Shown here piece after piece: positions 17,201 to 24,745 of a DNA stretch of 35,886 nucleotides. How positions within the stretch are numbered: the first letter of the stretch is position 1; every line of letters begins with the position of its first letter. The stretch is from a virus (Duplodnaviria > Caudoviricetes). The position numbers and the translations under genes are program-made. The stretch is taken from positions 1 to 35,886 of IMG/VR virus record IMGVR_UViG_3300020045_006286. One strand, written 5' to 3'. The notes under the pieces are model-generated. The model worked only from the letters and a program-made list of their open reading frames with translations. It did no database searches and had not been told where the DNA came from.

Positions 17201-17240
17201 TAACATGGCGTTGCGTCATTGTCTAACACCGTGTTATGAT
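17201..17240 (+). promoter_or_regulatory. pL-like promoter with OL operators
   Basis: TTGCGT-N18-TATGAT with extended TGn; operators TAACATGGCGTTG (17201-13) and TAACACCGTGTTA (17224-36) overlap it. Confidence 0.78.
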
Positions 17241-17297
17241 TCGTCATCGCAAGCAAACAAGCAAGCGGTGGCAAACCAAGCATCGACATGGGGAGTC

Positions 17298-17311
17298 TGA
17301 TCCTTAAAAAT
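17298..17311 (+). promoter_or_regulatory. boxA-like antitermination element TGATCCTTAAAAAT
   Basis: Resembles TGCTCTTTAACA, ~50 nt after the pL-like start. Confidence 0.4.
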
Positions 17312-17522
17312 CCAAGTGAATTTAGATGGGCGGCGGAGTGGATGGACACTCTTCTTTGCGAGCCTGAAAAATGAAATGCAACCCGAAAGCAAATCGATGT
17401 TGCACAGCGAAGGCAAGGCGACAAATGCCACGGTTGAAGCGTATCTGAACAAGCGAGAGAAATTAGCTACGGTTCTCTCAAGCCGGTATCAAGCCCGGCC
17501 CGCCCTTCTAAATCCACTTGGA
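17311..17522 (+). ncRNA. tRNA-like RNA 1 (212 nt)
   Basis: 21/23-bp closing stem, D-like arm GAGTG-GATGGA-CACTC, T-like arm GCCGG-TATCAAGC-CCGGC, 130-nt multi-hairpin insert. Confidence 0.65.
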
Positions 17523-17539
17523 CACAATTTAACGGATAC

Positions 17540-17912
17540 ACGGCGCACTTGATGAAAGCGCCCTACCCCTCCATCGTCGGTAGTTGAAAAGACGTGAAAA
17601 CAGCACTCCCTGACCAAAGTGCTGGAGCATTGAACAAATGCCGCCGAGTGAAAAACACTCAACCTCTTGGCGCGGTAAAGAGGCGATCAAATCAGTTGTC
17701 GATAGGCGAGTTACCCGGACAAAGGAAGCCAATCAGGCGCGGGGTACTTGGGCGTGGCGAACCCTTAACGCAGCAGTCAAGCCTTATGAACTACTGAAAA
17801 TTTAAGTCCGTAGACACTCGGACAACACGGGTGAAATACCGCCGGATCGACGTAACCGGCAAGCCATTCGCAAGAGTGGCACCACAAAAGCTATGCGTGC
17901 ATGGTTTTTGTG
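17540..17912 (+). ncRNA. String of about 14 short hairpins
   Basis: e.g. CTACC/GGTAG, CAGCACT/AGTGCTG, GAGTG/CACTC, GTCCG/CGGAC, GCCGG/CCGGC, GCCATTC-GCAA-GAGTGGC. Confidence 0.5.
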
Positions 17913-17928
17913 TTTTAAAGGAATCGAA

Positions 17929-18138
17929 ATGCACACATATACAAACCCATTTCACAGCGCCAACTACACAGGGTCAAGGGCCGTAATTGAAACCAACGTT
18001 CCGCCAACTGAGTACAAAAATCATTTGATTTTCAGGCACCACTCGCGCCATTTTGACGTCGTGAAAGATGGTGTATTGATTGGTCAGTATGCGGGGCCGA
18101 ATGGGGCCAGAAAGTTTATTGACCAACAACCAGTTTGA
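17929..18138 (+). CDS. Hypothetical protein within the RNA-rich leader
   Basis: SD AAGGA; 69 aa. Confidence 0.75.
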   Translation: MHTYTNPFHSANYTGSRAVIETNVPPTEYKNHLIFRHHSRHFDVVKDGVLIGQYAGPNGARKFIDQQPV

Positions 18139-18231
18139 AGTGAAGCCAACCCGGTGTTATAGGGTCGCCGGGCAGTCGGAAGCATGGCGGGCCGACCACT
18201 TCGATTTATTCAACAAACAGGAGAATCAGCT

Positions 18232-18243
18232 ATGAAAAAGTAA
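18232..18243 (+). CDS. Minigene Met-Lys-Lys-stop
   Basis: AGGAG-N8-ATG AAA AAG TAA. Confidence 0.4.
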   Translation: MKK

Positions 18244-18261
18244 GCCTATCAAAAACATAGG

Positions 18262-18350
18262 CCCGCAGTCGGTGCAGAGTCTTAGCAACTCTGGTCTAGA
18301 CATTGACAATTTAGTGTGGTTAGCAAATGGTGCTTTATCCAGACTGCGGG
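18262..18350 (+). ncRNA. Cloverleaf-like structured RNA
   Basis: CCCGCAGTC/GACTGCGGG closing three hairpins (CAGAGT/ACTCTG, CATTGA/TTAGTG, AGCA/TGCT). Confidence 0.5.
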
Positions 18351-18359
18351 GGATTGTTG

Positions 18360-18491
18360 CAGGGTCATCACAGAAGCGGCGGCGTGGAAGGTTACAAGCA
18401 CGCAATAGATGCTGAGGTTAAGTCGGGGAACCGTGCAGGCAAACTTAACGGTCGATGGGTTCGACTCCCATCCCGCTTCTGTGATGGTCTG
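18360..18491 (+). ncRNA. tRNA-like RNA 2 (132 nt)
   Basis: CATCACAGAAGCGG/CCGCTTCTGTGATG stem, D-like arm GCGTG/CACGC, T-arm GATGGG-TTCGACT-CCCATC; no anticodon loop or CCA. Confidence 0.7.
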
Positions 18492-18655
18492 AAAAGAGTT
18501 ATTTGCGAGTCAAGTAGTGGATCACCTCGCAGTGAGCAAGTAGGGCCATCTTCATTTACGGGGTGCAGTCGTAAGTCGCGAGGATAGCTAGCAGCCCTTT
18601 GCCGGGTTGAAGCAAAACAGACAGCGCAGGCATCTAGATGCACCCCACCCTTTAC

Positions 18656-18679
18656 AGCCTGCCGCGCGCGGGTTTTTTT
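18656..18679 (+). terminator. Intrinsic terminator
   Basis: AGCCTGC-CGCGC-GCGGGTT plus T-tract. Confidence 0.65.
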
Positions 18680-18700
18680 ACGCCCACTCGAAAGGCAATC

Positions 18701-19072
18701 ATGGGATTCAACGAAGTAAACCAAATGGCCCGAATGGCTTTCAATATGCCGCCAGCAAAGCCAAACAGCCCGCCGCCGACCAAGAAAGATTTGGCGGGAC
18801 TGTTCAAGCTTCAGACAAGCGTAAACGATGTGATTCTTGACTGCTACATCGAGTATGAGCCGGGATTCTCAGGCAGCTACGACGAGCCACCCTACAGCGA
18901 AAAGGTGTCACTCCAATATGCGTTGGCTGATGGCGTACCGGTTCAGGGCCTGCTTTGCGAGGCTGATGTGGATACCATCGAAGACGAGGCGCGAATGGCG
19001 ATCAATGAATCGAAAGCCGATGAAGCGGAAGACATAGCTTCTGAGCGTTATGCGGATCGGGAGGCAGCATGA
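18701..19072 (+). CDS. Hypothetical protein
   Basis: SD AAAGG; ATGA overlap downstream. Confidence 0.75.
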   Translation: MGFNEVNQMARMAFNMPPAKPNSPPPTKKDLAGLFKLQTSVNDVILDCYIEYEPGFSGSYDEPPYSEKVSLQYALADGVPVQGLLCEADVDTIEDEARMAINESKADEAEDIASERYADREAA

Positions 19073-19521
19073 AAATGGCAAAAGCAACAGAAGCCGACTT
19101 AGAAATGGCAAATGATCTATCGCGGATCATTGAAAACATTGAGGCTGGACATTGCCCAACGCAAGCAATGAAAGACCCCGAGTCAGAGGATATTGAGTGG
19201 CTTCATTCCGATGACTCAAATCAGATGCAGCGCTTGATTAACGCCATTCGAGAAACATCCCGCAGGGGTTCAATTTTCCGCGTGACGTTTGGCATGTCTG
19301 TTGTTTGCGATCCGGTGAATGAGCTTTTAGACCCTGATTCTGACGTTCTTGAAATTCATCCAAAGCTGAAAAAAAACGCCAATCGTTACCAGTTTTTGCG
19401 CGACAAGTTCGCTATCAAAGCAATAAACGATGAAGATGAATTTGCAAAGCTAGCCCACCTGACGGGTGATCAATTTGACGCTGCGATTGACGCGGCAATG
19501 ACTGCAACGGAGGAATCATGA
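19069..19521 (+). CDS. Hypothetical protein
   Basis: SD GGAGG; C-terminal NANRYQFLRD...DAAIDAAM motif common in phage early ORFs. Confidence 0.8.
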   Translation: MKMAKATEADLEMANDLSRIIENIEAGHCPTQAMKDPESEDIEWLHSDDSNQMQRLINAIRETSRRGSIFRVTFGMSVVCDPVNELLDPDSDVLEIHPKLKKNANRYQFLRDKFAIKAINDEDEFAKLAHLTGDQFDAAIDAAMTATEES

Positions 19522-19706
19522 GAAATACATACGGCTATCCCAGCGCAATGCGCTACCCGCGCACTATGCGCCAGTCTGGCACCGAGTTGGCAAACAGCAT
19601 TGAGCACCATAAGCGCAGCGATACCAGCGGCATCACGATTGTCCTGGTGCTTGGCGTTGTTGTGGCTTGTGCGATTGTTGGCACATGGATAGGGGGATTG
19701 CTGTGA
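19518..19706 (+). CDS. Small membrane protein
   Basis: YPRT motif plus C-terminal hydrophobic helix; SD GGAGG. Confidence 0.7.
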   Translation: MRNTYGYPSAMRYPRTMRQSGTELANSIEHHKRSDTSGITIVLVLGVVVACAIVGTWIGGLL

Positions 19707-19840
19707 ACGACAACCAACTTTTGACACCATACGAATCAAAGCGCATTTTTCGCATCATGGCTTTGTTTGCAGCCATTGGAGCCAGCCTGATGCTTACCGG
19801 CGCATGGTACTGGATCAAAAAAGCGCTGGAGATACTGTGA
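19703..19840 (+). CDS. 45-aa membrane peptide
   Basis: GTGA and TGATG coupling; one hydrophobic helix. Confidence 0.55.
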   Translation: MNDNQLLTPYESKRIFRIMALFAAIGASLMLTGAWYWIKKALEIL

Positions 19841-20034
19841 TGGCAAACCACAAGAAGGTCCGACGTATCAAATGCGATTACCCATGCTGCGAATCAATGG
19901 ATGCCAAACGATTCGACATCAAAACAAACATCTTCCGGGGTGATGACGTTGTTTTATTTGGGTGCAAAGAGCACCGAAAGCCAGAACATGAAAGTGTCAT
20001 GCTTCAAACAGATAAGGCCAAGAAACAGCTATGA
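19840..20034 (+). CDS. Small Cys/His protein
   Basis: CDYPCC...CKEH; coupled. Confidence 0.65.
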   Translation: MANHKKVRRIKCDYPCCESMDAKRFDIKTNIFRGDDVVLFGCKEHRKPEHESVMLQTDKAKKQL

Positions 20035-20132
20035 CCGACTTCATCAACCTATACAGACTGTTCTACCGCGCAGGCAATGGCCTTGTCGGTAGCGCGAGGA
20101 TCGCTTTTAAGACATTGAGGAAATCGAAATGA
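20031..20132 (+). CDS. 33-aa hypothetical peptide
   Basis: ATGA overlaps at both ends. Confidence 0.5.
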   Translation: MTDFINLYRLFYRAGNGLVGSARIAFKTLRKSK

Positions 20133-20893
20133 ATGCATTGGCACAATCTGAAGTCACCACACTGGGACAAGTTCAAGCAACACGAGACGCGCTATCTATA
20201 CAGCAAACTAGCCCGGCAGCAATCATGCTGCAAGCACTGGCTCAAGGATCATCTATCGCTGATATTGGCCGCATGATGGATTTGCAAGAGCGATACGAAT
20301 CCCGTGAGGCTGAAAAGCTTTTCAATGTCGCATTTGCCGGATTCAAAGCTGAGGCCGTGAAGATCATCAAAGGGAAAAAGGTAACTGCTGGCCCACTGGC
20401 CGGGAAGTCGTATGCAGAACTGCATGACGTTGTTGATGCAGTTACACCCGCACTTTCAAGCAACGGACTAAGCGCAGCCTGGAAAATCACCAAAGATGAA
20501 AAAGACTGGCTAGAAGTGACATGCACGCTAAAGCATGTTGGCGGTCACAGCGACTCTGTAAGCATGGGAGGCCCACCAGATGCGGGAGGCGCAAAAAACG
20601 CAATTCAGGCCCGCGCAAGTACCGTCAGCTACCTACAACGCTACACACTAAAGGCCATCACTGGGCTGTCTGAGACGGACGACGATAACGACGGCAATTC
20701 AGAAGTCCTTGACGCGCATCTGGCCGACTGGTTGGCAACTATTGAGGCATCTGCTGATCTTGAGCAACTAAAGCGCACCCGGCGCGACGGCGGGGCATCG
20801 TTCACCAAAAAGAAAGATGTCCCAGGCTATGCAAAGTTTGCCGCTGCGGCAAGCATGCGCGAAATCCAACTGAAAAGTAAGATCCATGCGTGA
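20129..20893 (+). CDS. erf: ERF-family ssDNA-annealing protein
   Basis: SYAEL.DV..AV.PAL...GL, L.H.GGH, STVSYLQRYTL.A..GL...DDDNDG. Confidence 0.9.
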   Translation: MNALAQSEVTTLGQVQATRDALSIQQTSPAAIMLQALAQGSSIADIGRMMDLQERYESREAEKLFNVAFAGFKAEAVKIIKGKKVTAGPLAGKSYAELHDVVDAVTPALSSNGLSAAWKITKDEKDWLEVTCTLKHVGGHSDSVSMGGPPDAGGAKNAIQARASTVSYLQRYTLKAITGLSETDDDNDGNSEVLDAHLADWLATIEASADLEQLKRTRRDGGASFTKKKDVPGYAKFAAAASMREIQLKSKIHA

Positions 20894-21563
20894 TTACCTT
20901 TTTCGCCCTTCATCCATTGGTAGACTGATGACGGAGCCAAAGACGCAAAAAGAAGGACCGCTTTCCGTTGGCGCAAAAACCTACATCAGGGAGTTGGCAG
21001 CGCAGGAAATCTTCGGTGTGCAATTCGAAGTGTCCAGCAAGCCAATGGAAAAAGGCATCCAGTGCGAACAGGATTCAATCGACCTTTTGAACTATGTGCG
21101 CGGCCTGAATATAGTCAAAAACACCGAGCGCCGCACGGATGATTTTCTTACCGGAGAGTGCGACCTGTTTGACGAAGCCCGCAAACGCGGACACGATCTA
21201 AAAACAAGCTGGTCTCTAGCCTCTTTCCCAATCAGCGAAGAGGCTTGCGTTGACAAGCTTTACGAATGGCAGATGCGGGCCTATATGCGCTTGTGGAATG
21301 CTGGCGAATGGGAAGTAAATTACGCCATGGTCAACACGCCAGAAGACCTGATGCGCTATGAGCCTATGCCGCTGCACATTGTTGACCACATCCCGCCAGA
21401 GCACAGGCTTACGACATGGCTGATCAAGCGAGACGTGGAAAAAGAAGCGGCCATGATTGAGAAGATAAAACATGCCCGCGTGTTCTTGGCTCAGGTTTTT
21501 TCTGAGTTTGACAGAACTCATACAACGCACATCAACAGCGTGCAAGCCAGCCAAGCGGCATAA
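20886..21563 (+). CDS. Exonuclease, YqaJ/lambda-exo-like PD-(D/E)XK
   Basis: MEKG...E, TGECD, DLKTSW, YEWQMRAYM; adjacent to ERF. Confidence 0.85.
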   Translation: MRDYLFRPSSIGRLMTEPKTQKEGPLSVGAKTYIRELAAQEIFGVQFEVSSKPMEKGIQCEQDSIDLLNYVRGLNIVKNTERRTDDFLTGECDLFDEARKRGHDLKTSWSLASFPISEEACVDKLYEWQMRAYMRLWNAGEWEVNYAMVNTPEDLMRYEPMPLHIVDHIPPEHRLTTWLIKRDVEKEAAMIEKIKHARVFLAQVFSEFDRTHTTHINSVQASQAA

Positions 21564-21571
21564 ACCAATAC

Positions 21572-21643
21572 GGGGGAAAGCAGATGCTGGGTTTGTGCAG
21601 GCGGTAAATGCCATTTCTAAGCCGCCAGTGCTGCGAGTACCCC
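21572..21643 (+). ncRNA. Structured RNA element with sarcin-ricin/loop-E-type internal loop
   Basis: GGGG-GAAA-GCAG ... CTGC-GAGTA-CCCC. Confidence 0.45.
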
Positions 21644-21651
21644 AACAACAC

Positions 21652-21674
21652 AGCCCGCCCCTTGAGGGCTTTTC
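21652..21674 (+). terminator. Terminator-like hairpin
   Basis: AGCCC...GGGCT TTT. Confidence 0.45.
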
Positions 21675-21695
21675 ACATTAATTTGCAGTCAAAAT

Positions 21696-21902
21696 ATGAC
21701 ACCACAGCGCAAGCACCTAGATGACTATTCATCTGCACATACAGACTTAGATCTTACAGATGCAGCAATCAACCTTCTTGAGAGGGTAAACGGAACGGCG
21801 CGGATTGTTTCATTGCTCAAGAAAAGCCAGCAAAAACACCTTGCAAAACTCGATGCTGCCGCTGAAAAACTCGGTGCGCCATATCCAGCGCCTGCTGAAT
21901 AG
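21696..21902 (+). CDS. Hypothetical protein
   Basis: 68-aa ORF between repeated terminator boxes. Confidence 0.65.
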   Translation: MTPQRKHLDDYSSAHTDLDLTDAAINLLERVNGTARIVSLLKKSQQKHLAKLDAAAEKLGAPYPAPAE

Positions 21903-21934
21903 CGCAACATAGACATCAAACCACGCACCAACAC

Positions 21935-21958
21935 AGCCCGCCTAGAGTGGGCTTTTTT
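21935..21958 (+). terminator. Intrinsic terminator
   Basis: AGCCCGC-CTAGA-GTGGGCT TTTTT. Confidence 0.65.
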
Positions 21959-22150
21959 ATGACTAAAACAGAACTACTTCCCGCCGACCGATTCGATGCC
22001 ACGGTCTACACCAAAGGCGCAATCGTCTATGTCCCGCACTACTTGTTTGCTCGAATGTTTATCGGACCATGCGGACAGATTTACAACGAAGCAACATTGA
22101 AAACGTATTGCACGCCTGGCGTCATGAAACTATGGAGGCGTGACGTATGA
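21959..22150 (+). CDS. Hypothetical protein
   Basis: ATGA overlap downstream. Confidence 0.6.
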   Translation: MTKTELLPADRFDATVYTKGAIVYVPHYLFARMFIGPCGQIYNEATLKTYCTPGVMKLWRRDV

Positions 22151-22530
22151 CGCGAGAAATAATCAACGCAAACCAAGCCGAAATACTCACGTTTCTGGCG
22201 TCTGTCATCGACACCACGCGAACCGATCTAATCGAGAAAACAGGCATCAGAGGCCGTCAATACGACAACGCCATGACCGACCTAAAAGAACGCGAATTGG
22301 TATGGGCCACGCCGCGCTATGGTCGCATCACATGCCGCATCAGTGTGACGATGAAGGGCATTCGCGCATTGCAGGACTATGCTGATTACAAGGCGGAAGC
22401 AGACCGGCAAGAACTTGCAAAAGCCGATCGAGGCAACCGGATGAAAGCGACTGAATACAAACCCGCACCGTTTAGCTATCCGCGTAGCAATTGCGGCACA
22501 TCGCATATACCTAGCAGGGGGCCATTTTGA
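22147..22530 (+). CDS. Winged-helix DNA-binding protein
   Basis: MarR-like pattern ending VTMKGIRAL; SD GGAGG. Confidence 0.7.
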   Translation: MTREIINANQAEILTFLASVIDTTRTDLIEKTGIRGRQYDNAMTDLKERELVWATPRYGRITCRISVTMKGIRALQDYADYKAEADRQELAKADRGNRMKATEYKPAPFSYPRSNCGTSHIPSRGPF

Positions 22531-22847
22531 TAGTGCAAACACACTGGATCGGTGGCCCTCCATCACTTCAAATAACAGCACAAAAAACACGCAAAAAGCG
22601 AGTACAAGAATCGTGTATGACCGCCGCACAATCAGCGGCTGCGAACAAAAAAATAATAGCATACGTTCGCAAACATGGATCAATCAAAAGCGCCGATGTG
22701 ATGAAGATTTTGAAGTGCTTGGTAGGTGCTGCAAAGAGTAGGCTGAAAACGTTGTGCACGCATGGAAAGCTAAAAAACGCGGGAAGAAAAAGCATCGGCA
22801 ACCCCGGAAATTTTCCAACCATTTATGAACTTGGGCCGAACGCATGA
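22527..22847 (+). CDS. Basic winged-helix-like protein
   Basis: IIAYVRKHGSIKSADV..IL......KSRLKTL...GKL; start uncertain. Confidence 0.65.
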   Translation: MIVQTHWIGGPPSLQITAQKTRKKRVQESCMTAAQSAAANKKIIAYVRKHGSIKSADVMKILKCLVGAAKSRLKTLCTHGKLKNAGRKSIGNPGNFPTIYELGPNA

Positions 22848-22857
22848 AGGAAACACC

Positions 22858-23055
22858 ATGACAACCTACAAATGTCCAGAGTGCGGCAGTGAAGAAGTTA
22901 CCTTGACCCATGAACAGGCATTTATGGCAAATACCTGTGAGCATTATTGCCACAGCGTGAAGATACAAGACCCGGATTCAAAAGCAAGATGCCTGGATTG
23001 CGACTGGACCGGACAACATCATCAATTAACTGGGTACGAGGGCGCGACACCATGA
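22858..23055 (+). CDS. Zn-ribbon protein
   Basis: CPECGS...CLDC; SD AAGGA. Confidence 0.75.
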   Translation: MTTYKCPECGSEEVTLTHEQAFMANTCEHYCHSVKIQDPDSKARCLDCDWTGQHHQLTGYEGATP

Positions 23056-23384
23056 CCATCGAAACTTGGGAAGATAGAAGCGCCAAAGCAGGCGCTGGTG
23101 AGCAGGGTTTTCCCTATCACATGCAAGCCGAGATCGACGAACTGCGTGCAGAGAATGAAGCCGTGCGCAGGGCGAATCTAGACTGCGTTGACCATTTCAA
23201 CCAGATGCGGGAAGAGCTTGCCATGCTACAGCAGCAAGAACCTGTGGCTTGGCGGTGGGTCTGGAAATCAAAACCTTGGGATATTGAGGGATGGTGCTAT
23301 ACGCACACTTTCCCCAACCACCCAGAGCTCCAGGAAATTGAGGCGTTGTACCTCAAGGCAGCCGCACAGGAGGTTGCTAAATGA
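23052..23384 (+). CDS. Hypothetical protein (QEPVAW type)
   Basis: Coupled; MQAEIDELRAE, QEPVAW. Confidence 0.75.
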   Translation: MTIETWEDRSAKAGAGEQGFPYHMQAEIDELRAENEAVRRANLDCVDHFNQMREELAMLQQQEPVAWRWVWKSKPWDIEGWCYTHTFPNHPELQEIEALYLKAAAQEVAK

Positions 23385-23794
23385 TTAAGAAGTGGATGGA
23401 CAGAATAGACAACTGGACTACTGTAGACGGAAAATCAGCGTATGAAGCTATGCAAGCTGAGGTTGAAGACCTTCGGGCAGAGCTTGCTGCGCTGTGGGCG
23501 CAGGAGCCGGTTGGATGCATAACCGGCGATGGATTTTCTATGCTGTATGGGCATAAGCCCTTAACGCCTGGATCGAAGCTCTACGCCGCCGCTGGCGCAG
23601 CACCTGTGCCGGATGGGTCGTGCATAGAGCGTGACGAACTTCTGACATTGATTCAGCCCAAGAGCCGTGAAGATGTGGCCGCCATTTTCGATGGGCTCAG
23701 ATCCGAGCTGGCAAACCTAAATCGGCACCTTGACGCGGTTGCCGCTGATTGTGCAAAAGGGCTGCAAGCGGCCTCAACCAAGGAGCCATCATGA
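23381..23794 (+). CDS. Hypothetical protein (QEPVG type)
   Basis: SD AGGAGG; N-terminus resembles the previous ORF. Confidence 0.75.
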   Translation: MIKKWMDRIDNWTTVDGKSAYEAMQAEVEDLRAELAALWAQEPVGCITGDGFSMLYGHKPLTPGSKLYAAAGAAPVPDGSCIERDELLTLIQPKSREDVAAIFDGLRSELANLNRHLDAVAADCAKGLQAASTKEPS

Positions 23795-23913
23795 CCCCAG
23801 CCCAAATCGAACAACTCGCTATTGTCATGAAGCAACTTGACGACATGGGTTTTTCAAGGCAACAAATCAAGAAAGCTGCCGATGCGTGGTGGCGGTTGAA
23901 AGGCATGAAATGA
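23791..23913 (+). CDS. 40-aa hypothetical peptide
   Basis: SD AAGGAG; ATGA overlaps at both ends. Confidence 0.6.
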   Translation: MTPAQIEQLAIVMKQLDDMGFSRQQIKKAADAWWRLKGMK

Positions 23914-24344
23914 CCAACTACAAAGACCTGTTGATCCAGGCGCGGGATGCGTTGCTGAAGTTAACTGATTGCGGTAGCGTAGAGGAATACGGGAAGGCTT
24001 TTGAAGCCGCTATGACTTCCCTGCAAGCCGCTATAGATGCGCCAGTGTTGACGTTTTACGCAAACGATGAGTTTATTGCCGAATTTTACAAAGGTAGCGA
24101 AGGATGCATGGTGGTGCACACCGCGAGCGGGGGAAGTTTTAATACCCCCCTATACACCCGCCCAGCATCAGCCAAGCCGCTCACGGATGAGCAGATTGAA
24201 GAAATGGCAATCACTCACGAGGATTTTGGATTTGGTCAAGTTGACAGTCACGGAATAAGTACACATGGGTTTTCTGGCGATGGCCTGCGCAAATTTGCCC
24301 GCGCTGTTGAAGCCGCCCACGGAATAACAGAGGTGAAGCCATGA
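23910..24344 (+). CDS. Hypothetical protein
   Basis: PLYT.P, PLTDEQI, FARAVEAAHGI motifs. Confidence 0.78.
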   Translation: MTNYKDLLIQARDALLKLTDCGSVEEYGKAFEAAMTSLQAAIDAPVLTFYANDEFIAEFYKGSEGCMVVHTASGGSFNTPLYTRPASAKPLTDEQIEEMAITHEDFGFGQVDSHGISTHGFSGDGLRKFARAVEAAHGITEVKP

Positions 24345-24577
24345 CCCGCGCAACACTTCAGCAGGCGCTTGATGCGCTTGAATCTAAAGATATTGGAAAT
24401 TGGGATTGGAGCTTTCTCTGTGGAAAACTCCGCGCAGAGCTTGCAAAGCCCGACCTAGCCGACCTCGTGAAAAAAGTCCATGCAGCCAAAGGCCGGTATC
24501 ACTCGCAACTGGCTATGTGCGACCTATACGAGGCGTGCGGCCTGCCGTGCGTCAGACCAACCAAGGATGGGAAATGA
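24341..24577 (+). CDS. Hypothetical protein
   Basis: SD GAGGT; LQQALDALE. Confidence 0.75.
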   Translation: MTRATLQQALDALESKDIGNWDWSFLCGKLRAELAKPDLADLVKKVHAAKGRYHSQLAMCDLYEACGLPCVRPTKDGK

Positions 24578-24732
24578 GTGAACTAAACGTAATGGCATTG
24601 GCGCTTACCCTACGCGCTATCACGATCATGTGCATAACTGGCGGTGTCGTGTATCTTGCATCAGAAAACAAACCGGGTTGGGGTTGGCTAATTTTCCTTG
24701 GGGTGATATTTGGCAGTACATCCTACCGATAA
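24574..24732 (+). CDS. Small membrane protein
   Basis: Hydrophobic helices with GWGWLIF; ATGA overlap. Confidence 0.65.
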   Translation: MSELNVMALALTLRAITIMCITGGVVYLASENKPGWGWLIFLGVIFGSTSYR

Positions 24733-24745
24733 ATCAAGGACTGAA

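Noticed and set aside
17316-17797. ORFs 17316..17552 and 17594..17797 as proteins
   Set aside because: GTG starts without a convincing SD, lying in long base-paired stems; RNA structure explains the region better, though short peptides are not excluded
18232-18260. -1 frameshift at AAAAAG extending the minigene
   Set aside because: The heptamer is G AAA AAG rather than A AAA AAG, and the -1 frame stops after a few codons
18360-18491. Canonical tRNA or tRNA-Sec call
   Set aside because: No 7-nt anticodon loop and no CCA; the acceptor stem is extended to ~19 bp
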